A stretch of 64,000 nt of DNA from Salpingoeca rosetta. Taxonomy: Eukaryota; Protista; Choanoflagellata. The notes under the pieces are model-generated. The model saw only the letters and a list, made by a program, of their open reading frames with translations. It was not told where the DNA came from and made no database searches. The stretch lies in contig JAWQFM010000004.1 of NCBI GenBank assembly GCA_033442325.1, positions 815,079 through 879,078 of the forward strand, read 5' to 3'. A program made the translations under genes and the position numbers. The number at the start of each line of letters is the position of its first letter. Positions within the stretch are counted from its first letter, which is position 1. Shown here piece by piece: positions 12,301 to 26,725 of the stretch.

Positions 12301-15300
12301 AGAGTACGATTTGCCCAGTGTGGCCAGCGTGTGCTCTGAGGTGATCCAGTCGTTCCTGGCCAACGCGCCGCTGCGCAAGCCCGAGATTGACATGAGCGCG
12401 TGCGTGGAGGACGGGTACGATGACGTCACGGCCTCGTCCAACCCGGCGCACATCAAGGACCTGCTGGAGAAGACGCACAACACCTACTGGCAGAGCTGCA
12501 CGCGGCAGGACGAACCCTGGGTGCGCGTGTTCATGAAACCCAACCAGTTTATCAGCGTGCTGCGCATTTACCACGACCCGCAGGACGCGTCCTACATGCC
12601 CAAGGAGGTGCAGGTGTCTGTGGGCCCGTCGGCCGGCGAGCTCACGCCGCTGCCGCCAGTGCAGATTCCACACGACTCCACGTCCACGGTGCTGCTGGAG
12701 GGCGCCGACCGCTACCACCGCGTCGTGCAGATCACCATCAAGCAGACGCACAACGGTGGCGTGGACACGCGCATACGGCGGCTGGAGGTGCTTTCCGGGC
12801 CAACGCGCCACGCGCAGAAGAAAACGTCGCTGGAGGACCTGCTTGCGCCCACGCCAGAGGTTGCCCTCGCCTCGGGCGGCAAGTCGGCTGACAGCGAAGA
12901 GCACGAAGGCGGCGAGGGCGGCGGTGCTGCCGGTGGTTCTGGGCGGCGGCGCATCCGTCACGCTCGCCACGACAGCAGGGAGGTGGAAGAGCTGCTGGAA
13001 ACCTTGATGGAGCACCACGACGACGCTGCCGGGGCTGGCGATGGCGATCGCGGCGAGCCAGCATCATCATCATCTCCAACCGAGCACGGCCTCCGTCACC
13101 ACCATCGCCACGGTGCGTCGCACACCTCCGGCAACGATGCCGAAAGTCATCATCACCATCACCATCATCACCATCGTCATCGCCAGCAGACCCAAGAAGG
13201 CATCCCAGAGGCAGCGGAGCCGGATGACGAAGCAGGGTATGGCGAGACAGGGGAGGCAGCACGCCTGGGCCCACTCGCTGCCGGTGGCAACAACAGGGAT
13301 GGCGGTGATGGCGGCGGGTCATCCGCCAACACGGGCGGCGCCAACGGCGGCGGGAGCATGTCGTCAACTGCATCCGCTGCGACCGGTGGCCGCTACTCGC
13401 ACCAGCGACCCAGTGATTTGGTTGCTGGCATGTTTGAGCCCTTCCAGCGCCGTCGTGGTGATGCCAGCGGCACGGGAAGCGGCGTGGCTGCAAGTGTTTC
13501 CACAGCAGCAGGCACTGGTGCCGACGCAGCCACAGCAGCGCGTGGTTCTGTTGGCGGCGCCGGTGGTGAGCGCCATCACGACGACGACGACGACAACGAC
13601 GACGACAACGACAACGTCAGCATCACCTCAGAGACGGGCAGCGTCAGCAGCGCGCGTGCAAGCGCGTCGCAGCTTCCGCTCCCCGTGGCCTTCGTGTGGG
13701 GCGCCAACGCGGGCGGGCAGATGGACTCGCTCTTCTCCGGCGCACAGGACATGTCGCAGGTGCCCAAGCCAAAGCTGTGCACGCTGCTCCCGCGCGGGCT
13801 GCAGGTGGCCAAGATGTGCATCCAGAAGGAAGGCGTGGTGGTGCTGGGCCACAACGGCGCCCTGTACGCGAGCGCGCACTCGGGTCCACTGAAGCGGCTG
13901 CTGCCGCACGGCCCAAAGGTGGTGGACGTGGCGTACGGCGGCTACCACACGCTGGTGGTGACGGAGGACCACCGCCTGCTTGTGTGCGGCACGGGCAAGA
14001 ACGGTAAGCTTGGTTTGCGCGACACGCGGGACCAGTCGTCGCTGGTGCCCGTGCCTGGCCTGCGGGATGTGCTGCGAGTTGCGTGCGGTCGCCGCCACAG
14101 CGCAGCCGTCACAGCCACGGGCCAGCTGTACATGTGGGGGTGCAACCACCACGGCCGGCTCGGCCTGGGCGATCAGAACGACCGCTACGAGCCTACCCTC
14201 GTGCCAAACCTGCCGCCCGTGCAGATGGTGGCGTGCGGGGACAGGCACACCCTCGTGCTGACGCAGCGCGGTGGCGTCTACTCGTTTGGCTGCGGAGACC
14301 AGGGCCGGCTTGGCATCCCGGAGGCCCCGCACAAGCTGCTGCGCCCGGCCAAGCTCGACTTTGGACGTGCGCGCATGACACGCGTCATCTGCGGCTGCAA
14401 CTCCTCTGCTGCGCTCACTGACACGGGCCAGCTGTATGTGTGGGGCACCGGGCGGTCGTACCGCTTGGGCACGGGGTCCATGACCTCGCACATGCTGCCC
14501 ATTCGCGTGACAGACCTCGCCTCGCACAAGATTGTGGACGCCAGCCTCGGCCACGAGCACGGCGTCGCCGTCTCGGAGACGGGCGATGTGTTTGTGTGGG
14601 GCAGCAACGACTCGAGCCAGCTGGGCGGGGCAACGGCAGACGCCGCCGCACCGCGCCCACTGCTCCACCCGGAGCTGCGCGGCAAGGGCCTGAACCGGGT
14701 CAGCTGCGGCAGCAGGGCCGTGGCGGTGTGGCGCGATGCGGCCAACGCCGTGCCGGAGGAGGAGCGAAGCGATCAGCCGTTCACAGAGCCCATGCCCGTG
14801 CCGGAGGACCGGCTGGGCCGCATGTGCATTGAGGAGCGCGACGACTCGAGTGTGGAGCGCATTGTGGAGCAGGTGGGCACGTCGCCACCGCTGATGGCGC
14901 TGGTGGCCCACCTGCCAGACCCGGAGGCGCAGCAGAAGTCTGTGGCCTACTTCCTCAAGGCCATGCGCGTGTATCAGGCCCGGCAGCTGGTCACGCTGTG
15001 GCTTTCGAGGGGCGTGCATGCGCTGGAGGGCGTGCCGTGGGGGCCGGACCGCCTGCTGCTGGTGCTGATTGACCTCATGCGCGTGTTGTCTGTGCGGGCG
15101 GCGGCAGATGAGCCGTGCCGCGTCATCTCCGCGGCCATCCACACCCTGTGCGGGAAGCACAGCCACCTCTCGCGCGTGCTGGTTGAGATTTGCGTGATGG
15201 AGACCAAGCGTGCAATGCCCTCGTCAAACCTGGCAGAGGACGGCATGGTGACGGATGAGATGCTGCTCACGCGCGTGTGCAGCCTGGGTCTGATCCGCGC

Positions 15301-18300
15301 CACCATTGACTGCACCATCTCCTACTCGTCCAACCTGTCCATGCTGCGGCTCTCCCATGCGCTCGCTTCGCTGTGGATCAGCAACCCCGCGAATCGGGTG
15401 CGCCAGTGGGTGCTTGCCCGCCTCAACACGCTCCTGCACAACGGCAGCCGCGACTTCTTGAGCGAGCTGCGGCGCTTGGTGCACTTCCGCGAGCAGGAGT
15501 CTGGCCACCAGCAGGAGGAGGCTGCAGCCGCCACCACCACAGCCACAGCCGCGCTGGCGACCGAGGGCGCGGGTGCCCGTGACACGGGCGTGCTGGAGCT
15601 TCTTGGCTCCTCAGCGTCCACCGGCGTTGCTGCCAGTAGCAGTGGCGGTAATGGAGGCGGCCGGGATGGAGCGCGACGCGCCCGTGAGCAGAGGCACCAC
15701 CACATGCAGCTGGAAGCACAGCACCAACACCAGCAGCAGCGGCGGGGCCAGCGGATGGAGCGCGGCGGCCTGCGGGGCGACGAGCAGCCCCAAGAAGAAG
15801 AGCAACAACAACAACAACAACAACAACAACAGCACGGCCACCTCCGCCAACGGCGCCACCCACAGCAGGAGCTGCGCCCGCATGGCGGTGACGATACCGT
15901 CGACGAGGGCGCGCTGGGGCGTGAGGCCATTGAACCGCTCGTCGCACGCGGAAGCGGCGGCGGCGACCGTGACGGCGGTGTTGGCGACGAGGAAGACAGC
16001 CTCAGCGCCACGGAAACCAGCACGATATCGCGCATGGGTGCGAGCGTGGATGCGAGTGCGGCAGACGATGACGAGGAGGACGAGGACCTGGACACGGTCA
16101 CCAGCGCCCGCAGCAGCAACGGGCGCAACAGCATCAGCACAAGCCCTCACGCTGCCGACGACACGTTTGACGACAGCGAGCTTGAACTGCAGACGTCCTC
16201 GCACAGCGGGTTTGACGACAACCGCAGCAATGATGGGCGTGCGCACGGTGTTGGCAGTCACCATGTCGGACGCAGTTCAGGCGGCACAGCGGGCGACGGC
16301 GGGGGCTCTGGCCCTCATCGCCATCATCAGCATCATCACCACCACCACCACCGTCACAGCCACCATCGTCACAGCCATCATCGTCACAGCCACGGCCACG
16401 GTAGGCACAGCCAAGAGCACCACGGGCACCACCACAGCCAGCACCACCATGCCCGCCGTCGTGGCAGCGGCGGGCACGGCATGTCGGGGTCGTCGTCGTC
16501 AGCGACGGGCGTTCCCTCGCGGCGCAGCGCCGGTGGTGGGCACACGGGCCGGGTGCTGAGCCTGAGCGAGTTTGCCTCGTTCAACGTGAGCGGCAGCGGG
16601 CACTTGAACGTGTGTGAGCTGAGCCTGCTGCTGCTGCACCGCGACGTGAGCAACTGCTACTTCCAGCTCGCGCACACGTTTGCGCAGGTTGGGCTGACGT
16701 TCTCGCACCGCTTTGACTACGAGGCAACGCACCGCTTCCTGCTGCAGACGCGCCTGCACAAGACGGCCCACAAGCCGCTGTTTGGCTCTGGCGACGACGA
16801 GGACGAGCTGCAGTCGAGCGTGGGCAGCGTGCTGCGGGAGTTCTCGCACAGCCTGTGGGCGACGCTTGAGATGCAGCACCAGCACGAGACGACGCTGGAG
16901 AAGGACGGGCGCATCCTCATGCGGTCCGACTTCAACCGCGTCATGTGCCGCGTTGCCGCCGGCCTGGACCTCCCACCGGGCAGCGCGGTGAGCAGCGCTG
17001 AGAAGCCGTCGTGGTTCCGCGTGTACTGCACGACGAGCCGCGAGTTCAACCGCCTGGTGGACCGACGGCCGTTTACGGAGGAGTTTGCGCAGCGCATCAA
17101 GGCGGCGCTTGAAGGGCGCGGGGACGAGGAGGAGCCGCCGGAGGTGCGGGAGAGCCTGGGCTACCTGGACAACGGCGTTTACACGGCGCAGATGGACAAG
17201 TCGATTCTGCACTGGAAGGCGGAGGCGCCGCAGGAGCTGCGGCTGGCGTACTCGAAGGACGCGGCGCCGACGGTGAACATGCCGCGGCTCACGTTCCAGC
17301 CGCTCAACGAAGGGCACGTGAAGACGTCGAACAAGAACACCACGGTCATGATGCAGTCGGAGGCCTCTGAGGAGAACACGTGGGTGATGGCGGACGAGGT
17401 GCTCACCTCCGGCATGCACTACTGGACGGTGCGGTGCGACAGCAAAGGGTCTGCGCGCCGCTATGTTGGTGTTGGCGTCGGCAAACCAAACGCCGCGTAC
17501 CCTCTGGGCGCAGCGCGCATCCTGTCCGAGGGCCTGCTCAAGTCCGGTACCTCTGCCATCAAGATCCCGCGCGGGTTCTCACCAAACGACATCATTGGCG
17601 TGTTCCTGGACCTGAACCGCAACATGGTGGCATTTGACGTGAACGGGCACAAGCGGGGCGAGATTGAGCTGCCCGGTCTTGCACCGGGCGAAGGCGTGCG
17701 TCCGCTCGTCTACCTCTTCTACCCCGGCGATCGGGTGCGTTTTTTGAGAGAAGTACATAATGTGTATATTTATGCGTGCGCGTGTGCATGTTTTGTGAGT
17801 GTACGGGTGTGCTTGTACACATGTGTGTCTGTACATTTGTGTTTGTACACGTGTGTATGTTGTTGGCAGTTCTCGCCCCGTTACCCACTTCACCCAACAC
17901 CACCTCACCACTCAATACCGCACCACTCAATTCCCCACCACTCAATTCCCCACCATCCAACCCCTCCCCCCACTCAATACCTCACCACTCAATTCCCCAC
18001 CACTCAATTCCCCACCATCCAACCCCCTCCCCCCCACCCAACACCTCACCACTCAATTCCCCACCACTCAATCCTCCCCCAACTCAATACCTCACCATCT
18101 GCCCCTCGCTTTTTCTTTCGAATTCCCCATGCAGATTTCGTTTGTGTATGGGCTGCCGCTGCCTGCGTGCTATCGCATGGGCAACGACACCCGCAGTCTG
18201 TTTGCTGTTGCTGGTCGCCGCGCCATTGTTCTCCGCGCGGCGCCATCCGTTGACTCGAGCCGCCTGGGCGTGCTGCCACCTGCGTCCTCGCACCACCGCC

Positions 18301-19950
18301 ACCCGGTCGTGGTCATGGCGGTGGACTACCGCAGCAACCGCGAGGGCGTGTGGCTGCGGCTGGCCAACCCGGACAACAAGTGGGGCGAGGGCCAGTGCTG
18401 GTGTCTCCTGCGCGACCCATCCGGCGCGCAGAACCTGAACGCGGTCGACAAGGACATGGACCCGCGGCTGGTGATCAACTACACGGAGGAGGCGCCACCC
18501 GACACGCAGCTCGGGGCAGCCGGCACCGCTGCAGGGAAGAAGGTCGCGCAATGCATCACGACAGCGTCGCGGCACAACGTGCGGGCGGGGCCGAGCCTGG
18601 ACGCGATGGTGATTGGCGGCATTGCACCGTCGATGATGGTGTACTACACGAGCAAGGTGAGCGAGGGCGGCGGGGTGTGGCTGCTGCTGGACGCGGAGTC
18701 GAAGGAGCGCGTGGTGGAGCCCAACATGCGGCACCTGGACGCGTATGTGCTGTTCAAGGGCAGCGACGAGGTGGCGTACTTCAAGCTGGAGGAGCCGCCA
18801 CCAGTCATCACGGAGCCGCCGCCAGCGTACCCGGCCCTGCACGGCATCCCCGTTGGGCAAATCAAGCGGCGCTGCTTCCTGCTGGAGACGCTGAGCTCCT
18901 CTGTGCTGTCGCTGGCGAGCCTGATTGAGTTCCAGTCGATGGAGACGAGCGGGGGCGTGTCGCTCGGTCTCGGGGGTACACAGAAGTCCCTGCAGGCGCT
19001 GCAGGATCTACTGCTGCTGACGCACAAGGAGCGGCTGATCAAGGCGGTCATCTCGCGCACGATGGCGTCGTCGACGGTGCGCGTGACCATCACCCTCAAC
19101 CGCGTGCAGATCCACCGGCAGCCGTCCGGCGTCGCCGGGATTTACGGGCAGAACTCTGTGTTTGCGCAGGCGTGCCGTGAGCTGCGCAATGCGGACCCGA
19201 GCGTGTTCCTGGCGCCCAACCGCTGCTGGAAGGTGAAGTTTGCTGGCGAGGGCGTGGACGACGCCGGCGGCGGGTACTCCGAGAGCATCTCGGAGATGTG
19301 TGAGGAGCTGGTCAACGGGTCCCTGACGCTGCTCATCCCAACGCCGAACAAGGTGCAGGACAGCGGTGACAGCCGCGACGTCTACCTCTTCAACCCGGCA
19401 GCCAACTCGCCCGCAGAGCTGGAGGTGCGCCTGTTGTTGTTGTTGTTGTTGTTGTGGGAGGGGGGAAAGAGGTATTGGAGTTGGGTGAGATGAGGTCTGG
19501 ACTGCTTCTGTGCTGTTGTGCGTGTGTGCGTGTGGGTGTGTTTGTTTGGGGGAGGGGAGTTGGGGTCGTGTTGGGGTTGAGGCGTTCCTGCGCGTTGTAC
19601 TTGTAACGAATGTAACTCACACTCACGTTGACTGCGCACGTGTGTTGTGGTTGTTTCAGCTGTTTGAGTTCTTGGGCGTCTTGATCGGCATCGCCATTCG
19701 CACCAACAAGTGAGGCCAAAGGCGTGTTTTCATGTGCGCATCTGCGGATGTATTTGTTTGCGGGAGCTGTCACACTCCTCGCTTCATATCCTCACTCTCT
19801 TCCTCACCTCCGCCATTATGTCGTGCAATTCTTGCTTTGCAGTCCGATTTCGCTACCGCTGGCTGGTCCCGTCTGGAAGCAGCTGACGTGAGTACTTGAT
19901 GTTGTGCAATGTGTGTGTGTGTGTGCGTGTGCGTGTGTGTGTGTGCGCGT

Positions 19951-20025
<75 letters not shown>

Positions 20026-20216
20026 AGGTGCTCGATTACATGCTGTCAAGCTGATTGCAGACAGTCTTCATGTTGGACGATATCACTCTGCGAATCATTG
20101 CTAAAATGCATGTGTGTGCGTGTGTGTTTCGTGTTCAGTGGCGTTGCACTGACGATTGCGGATCTGCGCGAAGTCGACACGGATTACGTCACCACCCTCG
20201 AAATCATCAAGAGTGA

Positions 20217-20261
<45 letters not shown>

Positions 20262-20331
20262 TACGCGCTCTCTGCTGTAAGTGCATACCGCCAGTTTCAT
20301 CCCAACACTACTTGTGTGCCTTGCATCCTTG

Positions 20332-20368
<37 letters not shown>

Positions 20369-22081
20369 ACGCACGCACACGCACACACACGCACACACAC
20401 AGGCCTGAGCGAGGAAGCGTTCTCCAGCTATGGTATTGGCGGCGACACACCGAGTACGTACTGCTCCTGGTCACTTGCACAGCAGCGGTGTGATGCAGCC
20501 GTGATACAAGGAGTGACAATCAAGGTTTGACTCAGTCTTCCTCGCTCACCTTCCATCCTCCTTACCGTCTGCCTGACCTGTTTGTACTTGTGTGCGCGTT
20601 GTGTGTGTGTGTGTGTGCAGGTGCGAAGGAAGGGCTGACATACCAGGTGCTGGACGTCCCGCGCCTCACGTCTGCCACCCGCGACGAATACGTGCGCAAG
20701 GCGCTCCACCTTCGCCTCCACGAGTTTGATGCACAGGTGCGATTGGTTGTGCATGAATGCGTGTATGTAAAGTGTGTGTGTGCATGTGTGTATGTATGTG
20801 CGTGCGTGCGTGCCTACCTGCTCTCATGGGCGCGGCTTTTCTTTCCACCGTGCATAATCAATCGTTCGTTCCTCTCTTCCCCGCTCTAACTTTGCACTCA
20901 ACCAACAACCCCAACTGTTCCTCACGTCTGGTGCGCAGGTGCGGGCTGTGCGTCGTGGTGTTGCGCGCGTGGTGCCACTGCCGCTGCTGTCACTGCTGCA
21001 GCCAAACGAACTGCAGGAGTTTGTGCTCGGCAAGCAGGAATTCGATCTCTCCCTGCTGGTGCGTATTGCGTCGTGTTCACCTGTCACCCGTGTGCAACGT
21101 TTGGGGGCGAAGAGATTGCGATTTGTGAAAGTGGGTTGGCTCAATGGATGCTGTTGTCACTACTGTCGCTGTTGTCACTGCTCTTCATTTTGATTTACCA
21201 CCTCATGTCACGACTCGTCCTTGACGTGTACCTTCTTCCTTCCGAGCAGCAAGTGATGACGCGCTACAAAGGGCTTCGCTCCAACTCTGCGCTCGCCGGG
21301 TGGTTCTGGGACGCCATCAAGGCCCTCACGCCCGTCGAACTCTCCCTCTTCCTCCGATTCGTCTCGTACGTTTGCGTGGCATGCATGTGCGCCTGTGCCT
21401 GCGTGTGTGCGTGTGCGTATGTGCGTGTGCGTGTGCGTGTGTGCGTGTGCGTGTGTATGTGCGTGTGCGTGTGCGTGTGCGTGTGCGTGTGCGTGTGCGT
21501 GTGCGTGTGCGTGTGCGTGTGCGTGCAGGTGTGTATTTTCGTTATTGTGGTTCGATACTCGTAATTGCACTGGCCAGTGCTCACGCGTGACTCACTCCCG
21601 CACTCCGAACCAATGCAACACCATGACTGCCTTTGATCATCCACACTTCAGGGGCCGCACGCGATTGCCGCGCACCCAGGCCGACTTTGAAGGAAAGCAC
21701 TTTGTGCTACAGGCGCTTGACCGTTACGAGGCCGGCTCCAGCCACGCAGACAGCGCCCTCCCAGAGGCCATCACCTGCTTCTTTACCCTCAAAATCCCGA
21801 GGTGGGCTTTTGCGTGTACGTGTGTGTGTGTGTGTGCATGTGTGTGTGCATGTGTGTGTGTGCATGTGTGTGTGTGCATGCATGTGTGTGTGTGTGTTTG
21901 GTATTCTCTTGTGTGTCCGACGGAGAATTTCCACTTACACCTCCCAATGTACCGTGACTACTTCCTCCCCAGGTACTCGAGTTACGAGGTGTTGTTGAAG
22001 AAGCTTCGCTATGCCATCAACAACTGCAAGGCCATTGACACGGACAATTACGCCCGCACCACGCTGCCGCCTGGCTCGTGA
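1304..22081 (+). CDS. HERC2: Giant HERC2-type HECT E3 ubiquitin ligase (RCC1-like domain, DOC, DOC, RCC1-like domain, SPRY, 2x SH3b-like, HECT); multi-exon; an assembly gap interrupts the first RCC1 region
   Basis: ATG at 1304; N-terminus (YWEAKGDLASSFCRPDHLNALWSKLRKNRVV) resembles HERC2. RCC1 repeats lie in small exons 2504-4579 (VYSWGSNSYAQLG, GSYGRLGHG, DAHTLAL..GDGDYGKLGLG) and at ~13685-14735. DOC/APC10 at ~10090-10480 and ~12410-12795; SPRY at ~17290-17734. The HECT has WKVKFAGEGVDDAGGGYSESISEMCEEL, GRTRLPRT and LPEAITCFF (catalytic Cys at 21776), and ends LRYAINNCKAIDTDNYAR...*. Giant exon 5887-17734; next exon 18135-19424. Confidence 0.9.
5045..5144. other. Assembly gap (100 N), preceded by probable low-quality sequence at ~4745-5044
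   Basis: Run of Ns. The preceding 300 bp lose coding and intron character right after a (CA)n tract. Confidence 0.95.
17899..18098. repeat. Intronic minisatellite with a ~16-17 bp unit CACCACTCAATTCCC
   Basis: Repeated caccactcaat cores in the intron after the giant exon; they produce the spurious HHSIP/TTQFP ORF tails. Confidence 0.85.
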
Positions 22082-22177
22082 TGTTATTCTCGCGTGGAGT
22101 GAGAGAGTGTGTTTGTGTGTGTACGTTTGTGTGTGCGTGTGTGCGCATGTGTGTGTACGTTTGTGTGTGTGTGCGCT

Positions 22178-22208
<31 letters not shown>

Positions 22209-22297
22209 ATAGCAACTCAGCTCTCTTCCTCTCTTCTTCCACCTTTCTCTGTCGTGTCGCAGTGTGTACAAGAAAGTTTGTGGAAAATATAGCATAA

Positions 22298-22333
22298 GTT
22301 TCCGTTAACAACCATCACTTTTGCCAAGGAAGC
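22298..22333. promoter_or_regulatory. Two putative RFX X-box sites upstream of Tctex-1
   Basis: GTTTCCGTTAACAAC (22298-22312) and TTTGCCAAGGAAGC (22320-22333) resemble GTNRCC-N0-3-RGYAAC, about 55-90 bp upstream of a dynein light chain ATG. Confidence 0.45.
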
Positions 22334-22388
22334 CAAACCGACACTCACTACAACCAACCAACAACCAGCAAACACACCACCAGCAGCC

Positions 22389-22438
22389 ATGGCAGACTAC
22401 GAAGGCGTGGAGGATGTAAGTCCCATCTGCGCGTACGC

Positions 22439-22496
<58 letters not shown>

Positions 22497-22788
22497 GTGT
22501 GTGTGTGTGCGTGCGTGTGTGTGTGTGAATTTGTATCTTGTTTCAGCGCATCCCGCACGTTGTGTCCCGATCTACGTCGCTGTGTCGTCGAACTCATCCT
22601 GACTCACGCATCGTGTTTGGATTCCCCAAAGACATCCTTTAACGTGGACGATGTCAGCACCATCATTCGCGAGGTGAGGCAAAGTGGTGCTGTGTGTGCT
22701 GTGTGCTGTGTGTGTATGTGTGTGTGTGTGTTGCGTGCTCCGCTGTGTGCGCCACCACTCGTGTTTATCAACTTTCCGTTAGTCTACA

Positions 22789-22837
<49 letters not shown>

Positions 22838-23530
22838 ATGCACTTTGGAGAGCAGTCGATTGAACAGAGCATCGGTCAGAGCAGTTACCAGCACTCAAAG
22901 GTGAACCAATGGACGTCAAACGTGGTTGAGCAGTGCCTGAAGCGCCTCACCTCCCTGGGAAAGCCTTTCAAATACATCGGTGCGTGTGTGTGCCATGTGT
23001 ATGCTCAAGGGTGGTGGGCGTGTTGTTTCGTCGCTGTTGTAGATTGTAGGATTGCTGGATGATGTGAACCTGAGGGATATTGTGCGCGCTTCGCGTACAA
23101 CCATGTTCCGTGTCCAACAACCATGCTTCGTGTACAACCATGCGCGGTGTCGTTTACAGCCCCCTCCCCCTTCCTTCATGCCCATCTCACCCCTTCGCAC
23201 GCCTCTTCTTGCTTGTGCAGTCAACTGCGTCATGCTGCAAAAGAACGGCGCTGGCCTTCACACAGCAAGCTCCTGCTACTGGGACAACAGCACAGACGGT
23301 ACGTGAGGATGATGTGATGGTTCGCAATGGAGCCATGGGCGCGCGTGCGTTGACATCGTGCACACGATTGCGCACCGCACTGCGCTTTGCCTCACTTCCA
23401 CATGCACCCATTCACACCCATTCACACACAAACATACACACAAACACCCGCTCATGCAGGGAGCTGCACTGTTCGCTGGGACAACAAGACAATGTATGTT
23501 GTCGTGAGCGTGTTTGGCCTCGCCATCTGA
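22389..23530 (+). CDS. DYNLT1: Dynein light chain Tctex-type 1
   Basis: Five exons (22389-22415, ~22632-22673, ~22856-22979, 23221-23298, 23460-23530): [113 protein letters not shown]. Confidence 0.97.
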
Positions 23531-23733
23531 GGAAAGGCGGCGCTGTTACCCGTTGTGTGCGATGTGTTTGGTCGCCTGGGGGGGATTGAAAGACAAGGAA
23601 GTATGCAGCACACGCGCGTGTCTGTATGTGGATGTGTTTGTGAATCGTCGTGCGCCCTTGTGTGCTGGTCTTGCAAATCGGAGTGGTGGGGACAGGTGTG
23701 TTGCTGTACAACCACCGTCCTCAAGTTGTGCGT

Positions 23734-23766
<33 letters not shown>

Positions 23767-23955
23767 AAGTGCGGTTGGTTCGCCTCTTGCTGTTTCATCA
23801 TCATCATTGTACCAACCTCGAAACAACTGTTATCGTTTACTTCGTTGCGACTGCGCGCCTTTGTGGTGATTCGAAATGTACACGAGGAATCGCGGAGGGG
23901 AGAAGTGGTGATGCACGTGGTTGGTACATGGCACACGGCACACAAACTAGCGCTC

Positions 23956-24031
<76 letters not shown>

Positions 24032-24049
24032 CACATACAAAGAGGTTGC

Positions 24050-26140
<2,091 letters not shown>

Positions 26141-26725
26141 CTCCGCGGTCGCTCTCAAAGCCCTGGTGAAAATTGGTGGGAGTTGTACATGGAATTCGAG
26201 CCATGCTCCATTCGTGAGTTTTGCTGGCCGTGCAAGAAGAACAACGCACAAAAAACGCTTGATTGCGAGGAGGAAAGAAAGGTGAGACAGCAAAAGGAGC
26301 TGGCTTGTTGAAACGCCTCCCAGCGAGCGAGTGGAAGAGGTGTGGTGGGCTTGTGGTGGTGTGTGTGTGTGCGAGCCATGGGGGCAGGACGGAGGTACCG
26401 TGGGTGGCTGAGAGAAGTGCAGCAATTGGCTTGTATTTCTTCGTGTGCTGTGATCGTGGTGGATCTCACATGTTGTCGAAGAACTCGCTGCTCTTGTTCC
26501 ACCATTGTTCGCAATCTCACTGGCGCACGCCTTCTCGTTCAGTGGTGATCATGCAGTGGCTCGTGCTTCTTTCTTTCTCTCACGAACACTCTCACACATA
26601 CCCCCGCATACACACCCACATCCTCACACCCACTCGCACCATCTTGCTCTCTTCTTTCCCAGCAATCACTGAACAGTACAGTACATAAGGACCACGTTTG
26701 TTTGGTTTGCACGTCACACAGAACC

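Noticed and set aside
10408-15166. Long antisense ORFs (691, 605 and 512 aa) opposite HERC2
   Set aside because: Expected shadows of a GC-rich, codon-biased coding strand; no recognisable domains.
17735-18253. C-terminal tail of the 4121-aa ORF as the true protein end
   Set aside because: Read-through into an intron and minisatellite; donor GTGCGT at 17735 splices in frame to 18135 and on to the HECT.
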